Origin: a virus
Taxonomy: Duplodnaviria > Caudoviricetes
Direction: 5' to 3' (one strand)
DNA length: 49,033 bases
Virus record (IMG/VR): IMGVR_UViG_3300038393_000759
Coordinates: 1-49,033 of that record
Each line of letters starts with the position of its first letter. Positions within the stretch are counted from its first letter, which is position 1. Both the position numbers and the translations under genes were made by a program. Positions 1 through 7,925 of the stretch are shown here, in pieces. The notes beneath the pieces were generated by a model, which had not been told where the DNA came from, ran no database searches, and worked only from the letters and a program-made list of their open reading frames with translations.

Positions 1-30
1 CCGGCTCGCTGTTTGGGCGCCCGTCGCGGC
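1..30. repeat. Terminal direct repeat (circular assembly overlap), copy 1
   Basis: CCGGCTCGCTGTTTGGGCGCCCGTCGCGGC matches 49004-49033 at 29/30 positions. Confidence 0.9.
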
Positions 31-329
31 GGTCCTACAGAGCGGCGGTCAAGCAGATCGTCCTCAACGTGAAGGCCCGCTACGGCCTGTCGAGCGAAGA
101 CCTGGCCGAGCGGATCGGGGTCAGCAAGGACACGGTCGACAACGCCGAGAATGAAATCTCGAGCCTCGAAGCCGTCACCCTCTTCAGCATTGCCTACTGC
201 TTCGGCGAGGAAGCGATCGAGCCCGTGCGGGCGCTCTACGTCTGCGCGCCGGCCGAGCAGCCGACCATCGCCGACCGCTGCCAGCGCATCCGCGGTGAGC
301 TTGCCGCTCTTGAGAAAGAGATCGGCTAG
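3..329 (+). CDS. XRE-family HTH regulator in the CII position; 3' part of an ORF that starts at GTG 48958 across the circular junction
   Basis: LSSEDLAERIGVSKDTVDNAEN HTH; frame is open from 48958 through the overlap; lies downstream of cro. Confidence 0.75.
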   Translation, partial: GSLFGRPSRRSYRAAVKQIVLNVKARYGLSSEDLAERIGVSKDTVDNAENEISSLEAVTLFSIAYCFGEEAIEPVRALYVCAPAEQPTIADRCQRIRGELAALEKEIG

Positions 330-331
330 CG

Positions 332-562
332 ATGGAGCGCGGGGTCACACGCTGGAACGACCGTGAGGCGCGTTGGGCGCGCGAGTATCGCCGCCGGAAT
401 TATCTCAGCACGTCGAAGCACAACAATTGCGCCTCGCTCGCGGTGGACGTTCCCGACGACATCACCGTGCTCACGCGCGATCCGTCGCCGTGCTTCATGT
501 GCGGCGTGCGAGGCGGCTGTCGGCATAGGCCGTGGATGCTCGCCGAGGAGACGGTGGGGTGA
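332..562 (+). CDS. Hypothetical protein with C-terminal Cys cluster (CFMCGVRGGCRH)
   Basis: Tightly coupled to both neighbours. Confidence 0.6.
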   Translation: MERGVTRWNDREARWAREYRRRNYLSTSKHNNCASLAVDVPDDITVLTRDPSPCFMCGVRGGCRHRPWMLAEETVG

Positions 563-1473
563 GCGCGTGGACGCCAGAACGGCACGACCAGCTGCGCTCG
601 CTTTGGAGCCCAGAGCCGGACGCACAGGCAATCGCCGATGCGCTCGGCACGAGCAGAGGCGCTATATATCGTGAGGCGCGCAAGCTTGGCCTGCCGGCGC
701 AGTCGCGCGGGCGGCGGCGTCTCTCGGACAATGAGCGCTTCGATTACGGCGGACCGCTCAAGCGGTTCGAATCTTTCAAGCCGCGCGGACATGGCGTGGA
801 TCTGGCGAACGATCACCCTGCCGTTCGCTTTGGCCGGACGCTGTTCACCAAGCAGGTTCAGGACCAAGCTGAGCGCCCGCGTCTGCTGATCGGCGGCGAG
901 AATAGCCGCAAGGTCGGCAAGGCAGTGATGAAGGGCAAGCTCAAGGGCTCGCCGATCTTCACGCTGACGCTGGAGGAACGTGCGACCTGCCCGCGCTCCT
1001 GCCTCCAGTGGAACGACTGCTACGGCAACAACTCGCATTGGGCTGTTCGCATCAAACATGGCCGAGCTTTCGAAGAACGGCTGTGGGACGAGCTGGCGGA
1101 CAAGCAGGCCGCTCATCCCCACGGCTTCCTTGTCCGCCTACACATTCTCGGCGACTTTTATTCTGTCGATTACGCCGAACTATGGCTGGAGGCGCTCGAG
1201 GCTTATCCGGCGCTGCATATTTTCGGCTACACCGCCCGCGATCCCGACGGCGAGATCGGCGGCGTGGTGCGCCAGATGCTCGGCCTTTGGCCCGACCGCT
1301 GCCATATCCGTTTCAGCGGTTTCGACGGGCCGACGGACGGTTCCATAGTCGTCAACAGCGCCGACGAGACGGACCACGTCGTCTGTCCGGCGCAAACCGG
1401 AAAGACCGATTGCTGCGCGACCTGTGCCTTCTGCTGGCATAGCGACCGCACGATCGCGTTCCTCAAACACTGA
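559..1473 (+). CDS. GcrA-like N-terminal HTH fused to a GP88-like Cys-rich domain
   Basis: N-terminus SAWTPERHDQLRSLW...AIADALGTSRGAIYREARKLGL resembles the GcrA HTH; TCPRSC...CYG, RLHILGDF, FGYT and CPAQ...CATCAFCW resemble GP88-type proteins; GTGA overlap with the upstream stop. Confidence 0.7.
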   Translation: MSAWTPERHDQLRSLWSPEPDAQAIADALGTSRGAIYREARKLGLPAQSRGRRRLSDNERFDYGGPLKRFESFKPRGHGVDLANDHPAVRFGRTLFTKQVQDQAERPRLLIGGENSRKVGKAVMKGKLKGSPIFTLTLEERATCPRSCLQWNDCYGNNSHWAVRIKHGRAFEERLWDELADKQAAHPHGFLVRLHILGDFYSVDYAELWLEALEAYPALHIFGYTARDPDGEIGGVVRQMLGLWPDRCHIRFSGFDGPTDGSIVVNSADETDHVVCPAQTGKTDCCATCAFCWHSDRTIAFLKH

Positions 1474-1664
1474 TGCGCCGCTTCTTCAACCGCCCGCGCC
1501 CCGGCCGCACCGACGGACCCAAGGCGGTGCGCCGCGCACGCAAGCTGCTGCTGGAGGCGCGGCATCTGAACAATCTCACCGCCGAAAGCCTGGCGCGCGG
1601 CTGCGGCCTGCACGAGGCGACCGCGGCGAAGCTGATCGAGGAAGAGAGGGCGCGCCGTGGCTGA
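1473..1664 (+). CDS. Hypothetical protein
   Basis: TGATG coupling, 63 aa. Confidence 0.6.
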   Translation: MRRFFNRPRPGRTDGPKAVRRARKLLLEARHLNNLTAESLARGCGLHEATAAKLIEEERARRG

Positions 1665-2106
1665 CGCTGCCTCCTTCGCCGAGCTGGAAGACACAGCGGA
1701 TGAGCCTTGGTTCATCGAAGAAAAGGACGACGATCCAACGCCGGAGTTCGATCGGCAGACGCTTTTCCTTTCGCGCCTCAAGATCCTCGCGCCGGCTGTC
1801 GATGCCCTGGCTATTCCAAATGCCGGGCGGAGCTCCGATTGGGAGCGCATCAGGCGCTACCGGGAAGGGGCCCGGCGTGGAGCGCTCGACCTCAAGCTGA
1901 CCTGGGCGCCGACGCGGCCCGATGATCGCGGCGTCTTCTTCGCCGAGATGAAGGCGGGCCGCACGATGCCGGATAAGGACCAGCGCGAGCGGCTGAACCG
2001 CTACTATCGCATGGGCCATAAGTGCGGCGTCTATCGCAAGCCGGACACGCTGCTCGAGCATCTTCGCGCTGCTGGCGCTCCCTTCATCGGAAAGGTCAGC
2101 GCATGA
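1657..2106 (+). CDS. VRR-NUC/PD-(D/E)XK nuclease (resolvase-like)
   Basis: AIPNAG...GALDL...FFAEMK...DQ...CGVYR motif pattern. Confidence 0.7.
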   Translation: MADAASFAELEDTADEPWFIEEKDDDPTPEFDRQTLFLSRLKILAPAVDALAIPNAGRSSDWERIRRYREGARRGALDLKLTWAPTRPDDRGVFFAEMKAGRTMPDKDQRERLNRYYRMGHKCGVYRKPDTLLEHLRAAGAPFIGKVSA

Positions 2107-2597
2107 GCCTCCGACAGAGATGGGAAGCGAAGGTTTCGCCGGAGCCCAACAGCGGATGCTGGCTCTGGACCGGAGCGCTAGACGGACACGGCTACGGTCA
2201 GCTCGCGATGCCCGGCGGCAAGAAAATGCTGGCGACGCACGCCGCGCTCGAACTGCACGGCCAGCCCCGACGGCTCGACGCGCCGTGCGCTCTCCATAAG
2301 TGCGACAACCCCGCCTGCGTGAACCCCGATCATCTCGAATGGGGAACGATGAAGCAGAACACGCGCCAAATGGTGGAGCGAGGGCGCAACGATTGGTCCG
2401 GTCTGGAAGCTGGTCGAGACCATTGGCGGGCGCGTCGCCAACCTCCGCGCACCTGCACCCACTGCGGCTCTGAGTTCTACCGAAGGAGAGGCGGGCAAAA
2501 CCCCAAAAATCCGTTCTGCTCCCAGCAGTGTTGCGTCGCTTGGCAGAAGGCGAACTACACCGGGCGGCCGATCTCGTCATGGAGCGCTGCAACATGA
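2103..2597 (+). CDS. HNH homing-type endonuclease with C-terminal zinc finger
   Basis: GCWLWTGA...GYG...HKCDNPACVNPDHLEWGT..N; CTHC...FCSQQC. Confidence 0.85.
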   Translation: MSLRQRWEAKVSPEPNSGCWLWTGALDGHGYGQLAMPGGKKMLATHAALELHGQPRRLDAPCALHKCDNPACVNPDHLEWGTMKQNTRQMVERGRNDWSGLEAGRDHWRARRQPPRTCTHCGSEFYRRRGGQNPKNPFCSQQCCVAWQKANYTGRPISSWSAAT

Positions 2598-2683
2598 CCT
2601 GCATCGTCAGCCGCGATCCCGATCATGCGCTGGAGTTCCTTCGCGAATGTGGAGCGCCTTTCATCGGGCGGATCGCGGCGTGA
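2594..2683 (+). pseudogene. 29-aa remnant duplicating the C-terminus of the 1657-2106 nuclease
   Basis: TCIVSRDPDHALEFLRECGAPFIGRIAA vs KCGVYRKPDTLLEHLRAAGAPFIGKVSA, 16/28 identical by hand alignment. Confidence 0.65.
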
Positions 2684-3873
2684 GATACCTCAGCGTCTGC
2701 TCCGGCATCGAAGCCGCCACCGTCGCCTGGCACCCGCTCGGTTGGGAAGCGGCCGCGTTCAGCGAGATCGAGGCGTTCCCACGAGCCGTCCTGTCGCACC
2801 ATTACCCCGATGTCCCGCTGCATGGCGACTTCACAATGATCGGAGCCGATCAGTATGGCGCAATTGACCTTCTTGTCGGAGGAACGCCCTGCCAGTCGTT
2901 CTCAGTCGCCGGCCTTAGAGGCGGAATGGATGACGAGCGCGGTCAGCTGGCCCTCCAGTTTCTCAAGCTTCTTGATCGCACACGCGCCCGATGGGTGGTG
3001 TGGGAGAACGTCCCCGGCGTCCTGTCATCGAACGGAGGACGGGACTTTGGCTCCCTCCTCGGAGGGCTGGTCGAACTCGGGTATGGGTTCGCCTACCGAA
3101 TCCTGGACGCTCAGTTCTTCGGAGTTCCACAGCGGCGCCGCCGCGTGTTCGTTGTCGGACATCTTGGAGACTGGCGATGTGCCGCAGCGGTTCTATTTGA
3201 GCGCCACAGCCTGTCGGGGCATCCTGCGCCGCGCAGAGAAGCGCGGGAGGGAACTGCCTCTCGCGCTTCATGCGGCTTTGAAGTCGGTGGCACACTCGGC
3301 CCTCGGGTCAGCCGCCTAACAACCGATGAGTGCGCGAACGGCGCGGCGATTGTCGCCCATTGCGAGAATGTCAGCCGAAGCCTGACCGCGTGCAAAACGG
3401 CCACGGGGCGGCTTGATCCGAACGAGCAAGAGTTCATCGCCTTCACCGCCAAGGATCACGGGGCCGACGCTTCCGACATATCCCCGACGCTTCGTTCCGG
3501 ATCGCATAGCGGGAGCCATGCCAACGGCGGGGTGATGCCTGCGGTGGCGTTCACGGCCTCAGAACAAGCGAACAGCTACGCATGGGAGCGCGACGTTTAC
3601 CCGACGCTCAACGCGCAAGTCCCGAACGACAGCAGCAATATCCAGCAAGGCATCCGCCAAGGCTCCGCAGTCCGCCGCCTCACTCCGCGCGAATGCGAAC
3701 GCCTCCAGGGCTTCCCCGACGATTACACGCTCATCTCCTATCGCGGGAAGACCGCAGCCGATGGGCCCCGATACAAGGCGCTCGGCAACTCGATGGCAGT
3801 TCCGGTGATGCGATGGATCGGTGAGCGGATTGCTGCTGTCGAAGCACTTGCAGCCGAAAGTCTCGCCGCATGA
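2680..3873 (+). CDS. dcm: DNA (cytosine-5)-methyltransferase
   Basis: CSGIEA (motif I), GGTPCQSFS (IV), WENVPG (VI), QRRRR (VIII), RRLTPRECERLQGFPD (IX), GNSMAVPV (X); GTG start overlaps the upstream TGA. Confidence 0.95.
   Translation: MRYLSVCSGIEAATVAWHPLGWEAAAFSEIEAFPRAVLSHHYPDVPLHGDFTMIGADQYGAIDLLVGGTPCQSFSVAGLRGGMDDERGQLALQFLKLLDRTRARWVVWENVPGVLSSNGGRDFGSLLGGLVELGYGFAYRILDAQFFGVPQRRRRVFVVGHLGDWRCAAAVLFERHSLSGHPAPRREAREGTASRASCGFEVGGTLGPRVSRLTTDECANGAAIVAHCENVSRSLTACKTATGRLDPNEQEFIAFTAKDHGADASDISPTLRSGSHSGSHANGGVMPAVAFTASEQANSYAWERDVYPTLNAQVPNDSSNIQQGIRQGSAVRRLTPRECERLQGFPDDYTLISYRGKTAADGPRYKALGNSMAVPVMRWIGERIAAVEALAAESLAA
2855..3319 (+). CDS. Overprinted alternative-frame ORF, putative second (beta-like) methyltransferase polypeptide
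   Basis: 154-aa open frame inside the MTase; WSNSGM...SLSDILETGDVPQRFYLS...GILRRAEKRGRELP..L..AL recalls the M.EcoHK31I beta subunit (from memory). Confidence 0.6.
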   Translation: MAQLTFLSEERPASRSQSPALEAEWMTSAVSWPSSFSSFLIAHAPDGWCGRTSPASCHRTEDGTLAPSSEGWSNSGMGSPTESWTLSSSEFHSGAAACSLSDILETGDVPQRFYLSATACRGILRRAEKRGRELPLALHAALKSVAHSALGSAA

Positions 3874-4220
3874 ACGCGCCTCCACCCGCCGGCGTATCGC
3901 GGCCACCCCAACGCTCCGATTATGAGCCGATTGTTAAAGGCCTTCGACCAATGTGCGAAGGCGAGGAGCTCAAGCTGAGAACGAGCTTGCTCCTGATGCG
4001 CGACACCGCAATGGCGACGAAAGCGGCGGCGTGCGAGCCCGCGTGGATGCTGCTCGACGTGATCGAACGCGAAGCCAATCACTCGGCGCTGAACCACAAG
4101 CTGAAAGTCGAAGAGCTGCAGGTCATCCGCGATTCGTGCGTCCATTGCGCGATCGCTGCCCAAGGCTTCGACAAGCTCTACGTTCCGCTGTTCCCCGGCT
4201 TCGAAGGGGAGGCGGCGTGA
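3870..4220 (+). CDS. Hypothetical protein
   Basis: ATGA coupling on the 5' side, GTGA on the 3' side. Confidence 0.65.
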   Translation: MNAPPPAGVSRPPQRSDYEPIVKGLRPMCEGEELKLRTSLLLMRDTAMATKAAACEPAWMLLDVIEREANHSALNHKLKVEELQVIRDSCVHCAIAAQGFDKLYVPLFPGFEGEAA

Positions 4221-4738
4221 ACGCTCCTCCGCCTATCCTCGACGCTTGCTGCGGCTCACGCATGTTCTGGTTCGACCGTGAGGACGCGCGAGCTCTATTT
4301 ATCGACAAGCGGCGCGGCATCTACGAGATCGATAAAGGCACGCCTGGAACCAAAGGCCGATCCGCCGTCGTCGTTGATCCAGACATCTTGGCCGACTTCA
4401 CTGCCCTCCCGTTTGATGACGCATCGTTCCATTTGGTGGTGTTCGACCCGCCGCACATCCAGAGGAACGTCGCCTCGGGCGCGATTACGAAGCGATATGG
4501 CATCCTCACCGGTGAGTGGCGGGACATGCTCAGCCGAGGCTTCGCTGAATGCTTCCGGGTGCTGAAGGCAAACGGAACGCTGATCTTCAAGTGGGGCGAG
4601 TCGCAATTTCGGGTGAACGACATTCTCACCTTAACCCCTGAGAAGCCGCTGTTCGGCCACAAGACCAGCAAAACCACGCATTGGGTCGTCTTCATGAAGC
4701 CTCCAGCGACAGGGGAGGCGGATGCCCGGCATGGCTGA
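4217..4738 (+). CDS. SAM-dependent methyltransferase (probable amino-methyltransferase)
   Basis: ILDACCGSRMFW, VFDPPH, FRVLKANGTLIFKW; SD GGAGG before GTG. Confidence 0.85.
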   Translation: MNAPPPILDACCGSRMFWFDREDARALFIDKRRGIYEIDKGTPGTKGRSAVVVDPDILADFTALPFDDASFHLVVFDPPHIQRNVASGAITKRYGILTGEWRDMLSRGFAECFRVLKANGTLIFKWGESQFRVNDILTLTPEKPLFGHKTSKTTHWVVFMKPPATGEADARHG

Positions 4739-5987
4739 CTTCACAGACGATGGAGATTGGCCGGAGGGCTATGGGGCGACGTTCGTTCCGCCGCAGACGA
4801 ACGTGGTGCCGCTGCAGCCGCCGGCGTGGATGGACGAGATTCCGCCCGTCGGCGAACCCGCGCAGTCGCCAGCTCCAATCGTCGCGACCCCGTTCGAATG
4901 GCGCGCGGAGGCGGAAATCCCGCCGCGGCTGTGGCTCTATGGCAAGCACCTGCTCAGGCGCTTCGTCAGCGTCGACGTCGCCGCAGGTGGGACCGGCAAG
5001 TCCAGCGTCAAGATCGGCGAAGCCTTGGCAATGGCGTCCGGTCGCAATCTCTACCACGTCGAGGTCCACGACGGGCCGCTGACCGTCTGGCTCTACAACC
5101 TCGAGGATCCGGCCGAGGAATCGGAGCGGCGCATCCACGCGACCGCCAAATGGTTCAAGATCGCGCCCGCCGATGTCGAAGGGCGGCTGTTCGTCGACAG
5201 TGGACGCGACCAGCGCTGCGTCATTGCCTCGGAAACCGAATACGGCGCCCGCATCGCCCAGCCCGTCTACGATATGCTCAAGGGCCAGCTGCTCGAGCGG
5301 AAGATCGACGTTCTCACCATCGACCCGTTCGTCAGCAGCCACGAGGTCAGCGAAAACGACAATCGCGCGATCGACGCCGTAGCCAAGGCCTGGGGCCGCC
5401 TCGCCGACGAATGCAATTGCTCGATCAACCTCGTCCACCACGTCCGCAAGGGCAACGGCCAGGAGAGCAACGCCGACTCGGCCCGCGGTGCGAAGGCTTT
5501 GGTCGATGCAGCCCGCAGCGTCCAGGTCTTCAACCGGATGAGCCCGGACGAGGCGGCAATGGCCGGCATCGCGGAAGACCAGCGCGGCTTCTACTTCAGG
5601 GTCCAGAACGACAAGGCGAACCTCGCACCGCCCGACAAGGCGGCGTGGTATCGAATGAATAACGTCAGCCTCGATAACGGCGATCAGGTCGGGGTGGCGT
5701 GTCCGTGGGAGTGGCCGGAGCTGTTCGAAGGTATCACGACCGCACATCTGATCGCAGTCCAGAAGGCAGTGGAAAGGGGCGATTGGCGGGCCGATCCGAG
5801 GTCCGATCAATGGGCTGGCGTTGCCGTCGCGCAAGTGCTCGACGTCAAGCTCGAGGACAGCCGCAAGCGCATCGCCAAGATGCTCGCCGAATGGGTCTCC
5901 AACGGTGCCTTGGAAGTCATCGAAAAGCTCGACGATCAGCGGCGGCCGCGGCGCTTCGTGGTGGTCGGAAAGTGGGCTCAGCCATGA
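4722..5987 (+). CDS. RepA/AAA_25-type replicative helicase
   Basis: Walker A AAGGTGKSS, YNLED, Walker B LTIDP, LVHHVRK, ARGAKALVDAAR. Confidence 0.85.
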   Translation: MPGMADFTDDGDWPEGYGATFVPPQTNVVPLQPPAWMDEIPPVGEPAQSPAPIVATPFEWRAEAEIPPRLWLYGKHLLRRFVSVDVAAGGTGKSSVKIGEALAMASGRNLYHVEVHDGPLTVWLYNLEDPAEESERRIHATAKWFKIAPADVEGRLFVDSGRDQRCVIASETEYGARIAQPVYDMLKGQLLERKIDVLTIDPFVSSHEVSENDNRAIDAVAKAWGRLADECNCSINLVHHVRKGNGQESNADSARGAKALVDAARSVQVFNRMSPDEAAMAGIAEDQRGFYFRVQNDKANLAPPDKAAWYRMNNVSLDNGDQVGVACPWEWPELFEGITTAHLIAVQKAVERGDWRADPRSDQWAGVAVAQVLDVKLEDSRKRIAKMLAEWVSNGALEVIEKLDDQRRPRRFVVVGKWAQP

Positions 5988-5996
5988 TTTTCACCA

Positions 5997-6107
5997 ACTG
6001 GAGCGCCACTGGAGCGCCACTGGAGCAAAAGGGCAGAAATTCGCCAGTTTCGGGCCACTCTGACTGGAGCAATTCGCGACTGGAGCGCCGATTGGAGCAA
6101 CTGGAGC
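5997..6107 (+). repeat. Seven AYTGGAGC direct repeats, candidate replication-origin iterons
   Basis: Copies start at 5997, 6008, 6019, 6063, 6079, 6091 and 6100; the first three have an 11-bp period; directly after the helicase gene. Confidence 0.65.
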
Positions 6108-6305
6108 AAAACGGCGGAAAACTGCCATTGGCTCGGATTTTGCAAACGCGCGCATGTGCTGCGCCCCTACGCCCCTTTCAGGGGCTACGGGGCTTGCAGT
6201 GCGTGAGAGCGCGCGAGGCTGTCGCGGCCGCATCAGTCGGGCTGCTTCGCTTGGGCTACGCACCCGACATGACGCTTGGCCGCTACTCAAACGAAAGGAC
6301 TTGAG

Positions 6306-6683
6306 ATGACGCAGCACAGAACGAAGCTCGGGAAGATTTACCGCGATTACCAGCGCGACCTGGAACACCTGCGCTCAGGCAGGGCGCACGTCGCATCGGA
6401 TGATCGCACCCTATGGATGGAAGGCCGTGTCATGCGCGGCCATGCGGTCGACCGGATGCTCAGGGCGCATGTGGCTGACGCCCAGGTCCATCTGGATGCA
6501 CTGGCGAGCGACGTGCATCTCGACGTTCCACCGGAGCCGATCGAGGAAGTGCACACGCCGCCCGATCCGACGATGCAGTCGATGCGGTGGTTCACGCCTG
6601 AGCTCAACGAGGACTACCTCGCCGCGCATGAGGCCAACCTCAAGAGGATCGCGCCGTTCACGCCGAAGGCGAGGCGGAAGTAG
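6306..6683 (+). CDS. Hypothetical protein
   Basis: SD AAAGGA before ATG 6306. Confidence 0.65.
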   Translation: MTQHRTKLGKIYRDYQRDLEHLRSGRAHVASDDRTLWMEGRVMRGHAVDRMLRAHVADAQVHLDALASDVHLDVPPEPIEEVHTPPDPTMQSMRWFTPELNEDYLAAHEANLKRIAPFTPKARRK

Positions 6684-6693
6684 GGGAGGATTC

Positions 6694-7215
6694 ATGCTGA
6701 TGGCCGCGTCTTCGTCATCGCTGTTCGGGCCGAAAGGGAGGCCGCCGCCGCGTGCTTGCCCTGACGACTTCGACGTCATTTTCGTCGAGCAGGGCCGTGA
6801 TGGCTGCGAGAGCTGGTATAGGGCGAGGAAGACGACGATCACGCGCTGGCTCGAGGAGCGTGGCAAGGAACGGCTCATCGCGGCAAGGCGCGATTATGTG
6901 ACGCACCAGCGCCGCGCCGGCGAGTGGATCACCCGCCAGACGCGGATGGTCGAGCACAAGGACGTCCGCGCCAAGCCGAAGTCGTCTCCGGTGCATGACC
7001 GGCGCCGCGTCAGCTTCACGCTCGCTCGGCATGCGGCACAGCATCTGCGCATCGTCAGGAGCGGCGGCTTCATTGTCAGCCCGACAGGCGACGGCGATTG
7101 GTGGGTCGGCTCACGGCGCATGTCCGGCGCGCAGCTCGTGGATCTGGCCGAGAGCAAGGGCTTCGATCGCTCGGCGGCACTACAGGGCGACAGCGCCGCG
7201 GGGGTAGAAGGCTGA
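6694..7215 (+). CDS. Hypothetical basic protein, possible HTH; occupies the late-regulator position
   Basis: SD GGAGGA; GCESWYRARKTTITRWLEE looks HTH-like; last gene before the packaging module. Confidence 0.6.
   Translation: MLMAASSSSLFGPKGRPPPRACPDDFDVIFVEQGRDGCESWYRARKTTITRWLEERGKERLIAARRDYVTHQRRAGEWITRQTRMVEHKDVRAKPKSSPVHDRRRVSFTLARHAAQHLRIVRSGGFIVSPTGDGDWWVGSRRMSGAQLVDLAESKGFDRSAALQGDSAAGVEG
7175..7210 (+). promoter_or_regulatory. Variant late promoter CGGCACTACAGG-N18-TAGAAG before the HNH/terminase genes
   Basis: Shares the CTACAG core with the 11 exact copies and CGGCACTACAG with the 17873 copy; ATG 7219 lies 8 nt downstream. Confidence 0.35.
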
Positions 7216-7218
7216 GCC

Positions 7219-7521
7219 ATGAGCAGGCCGCGCGCCATCCGCCGACAAAGCCATCTGGACCGTCTTTTCGCAGTGCAGGACGGCCGCTGCTATTTGTGCG
7301 ACCGGCCGATGGTGGCCGAGTACCGCTACACTCGCCGGCTCGGATGGTCAGCCGATCATGTGAACCCGCGCACTGCTGGCTTCACTCGCTCTGCCAATGT
7401 TCTGCTTGCGCACCGCTGCTGCAACTCGAAAAAGGGTAGCCGGCGAGCGCGACCGTGCGAGCTGATCTTCCTGCTTGCGGTCAACGAACGGCTCGGAATT
7501 CGGCAATGCCCGGCCCACTGA
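7219..7521 (+). CDS. HNH endonuclease (packaging-associated position)
   Basis: QDGRCYLC...ADHVNP...ANVLLAHRCCNSKKG; immediately before the terminase. Confidence 0.85.
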   Translation: MSRPRAIRRQSHLDRLFAVQDGRCYLCDRPMVAEYRYTRRLGWSADHVNPRTAGFTRSANVLLAHRCCNSKKGSRRARPCELIFLLAVNERLGIRQCPAH

Positions 7522-7925
7522 AGAACGCCCGCCACGAGCGATTCGCCCAGGAATTGGCGAAGGGGAAGTCGCAGGAAGACGCCTATCGCTCAGCCGGCTA
7601 CAAAGGTGATCGAACCGCTGCTTCCCGCCTGGCAACAAATGTCAACGTTCAGGCTCGCCTCGCCGAATTGAAGGCGGAAGCAGCAGAACGGACTGTCGTC
7701 ACGGTCGAAAGCATCACGCAACGCCTTCTAAACATTGCGAAAAAAGGCGAGGACGCGAAAGACGCGCCGCTGCTGTCGGTGGCGCGCGCATCGCTGATGG
7801 ATGCGGCGAAGCTCAACGGCCTGATCGTCGACAAGATCAGGCACGGGCTGGATCTCAGCAACGCCACGGACGAAGAGCTCGAAGTCCTTGAACGCCTATT
7901 CAATCGATCCGCGCCAGGCGCTTGA
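7506..7925 (+). CDS. terS: Terminase small subunit
   Basis: RHERFAQELAKGKSQEDAYRSAGY...AASRL...VQARLAEL signature; precedes terL. Confidence 0.85.
   Translation: MPGPLKNARHERFAQELAKGKSQEDAYRSAGYKGDRTAASRLATNVNVQARLAELKAEAAERTVVTVESITQRLLNIAKKGEDAKDAPLLSVARASLMDAAKLNGLIVDKIRHGLDLSNATDEELEVLERLFNRSAPGA

Noticed and set aside
31-41. Partial motif GGTCCTACAGA
   Set aside because: No TA at the 17-nt spacing, and it lies inside an early gene
5984-6304. ORF across the iteron region
   Set aside because: Its repetitive LE-x peptides just mirror the DNA repeats; more likely a non-coding origin
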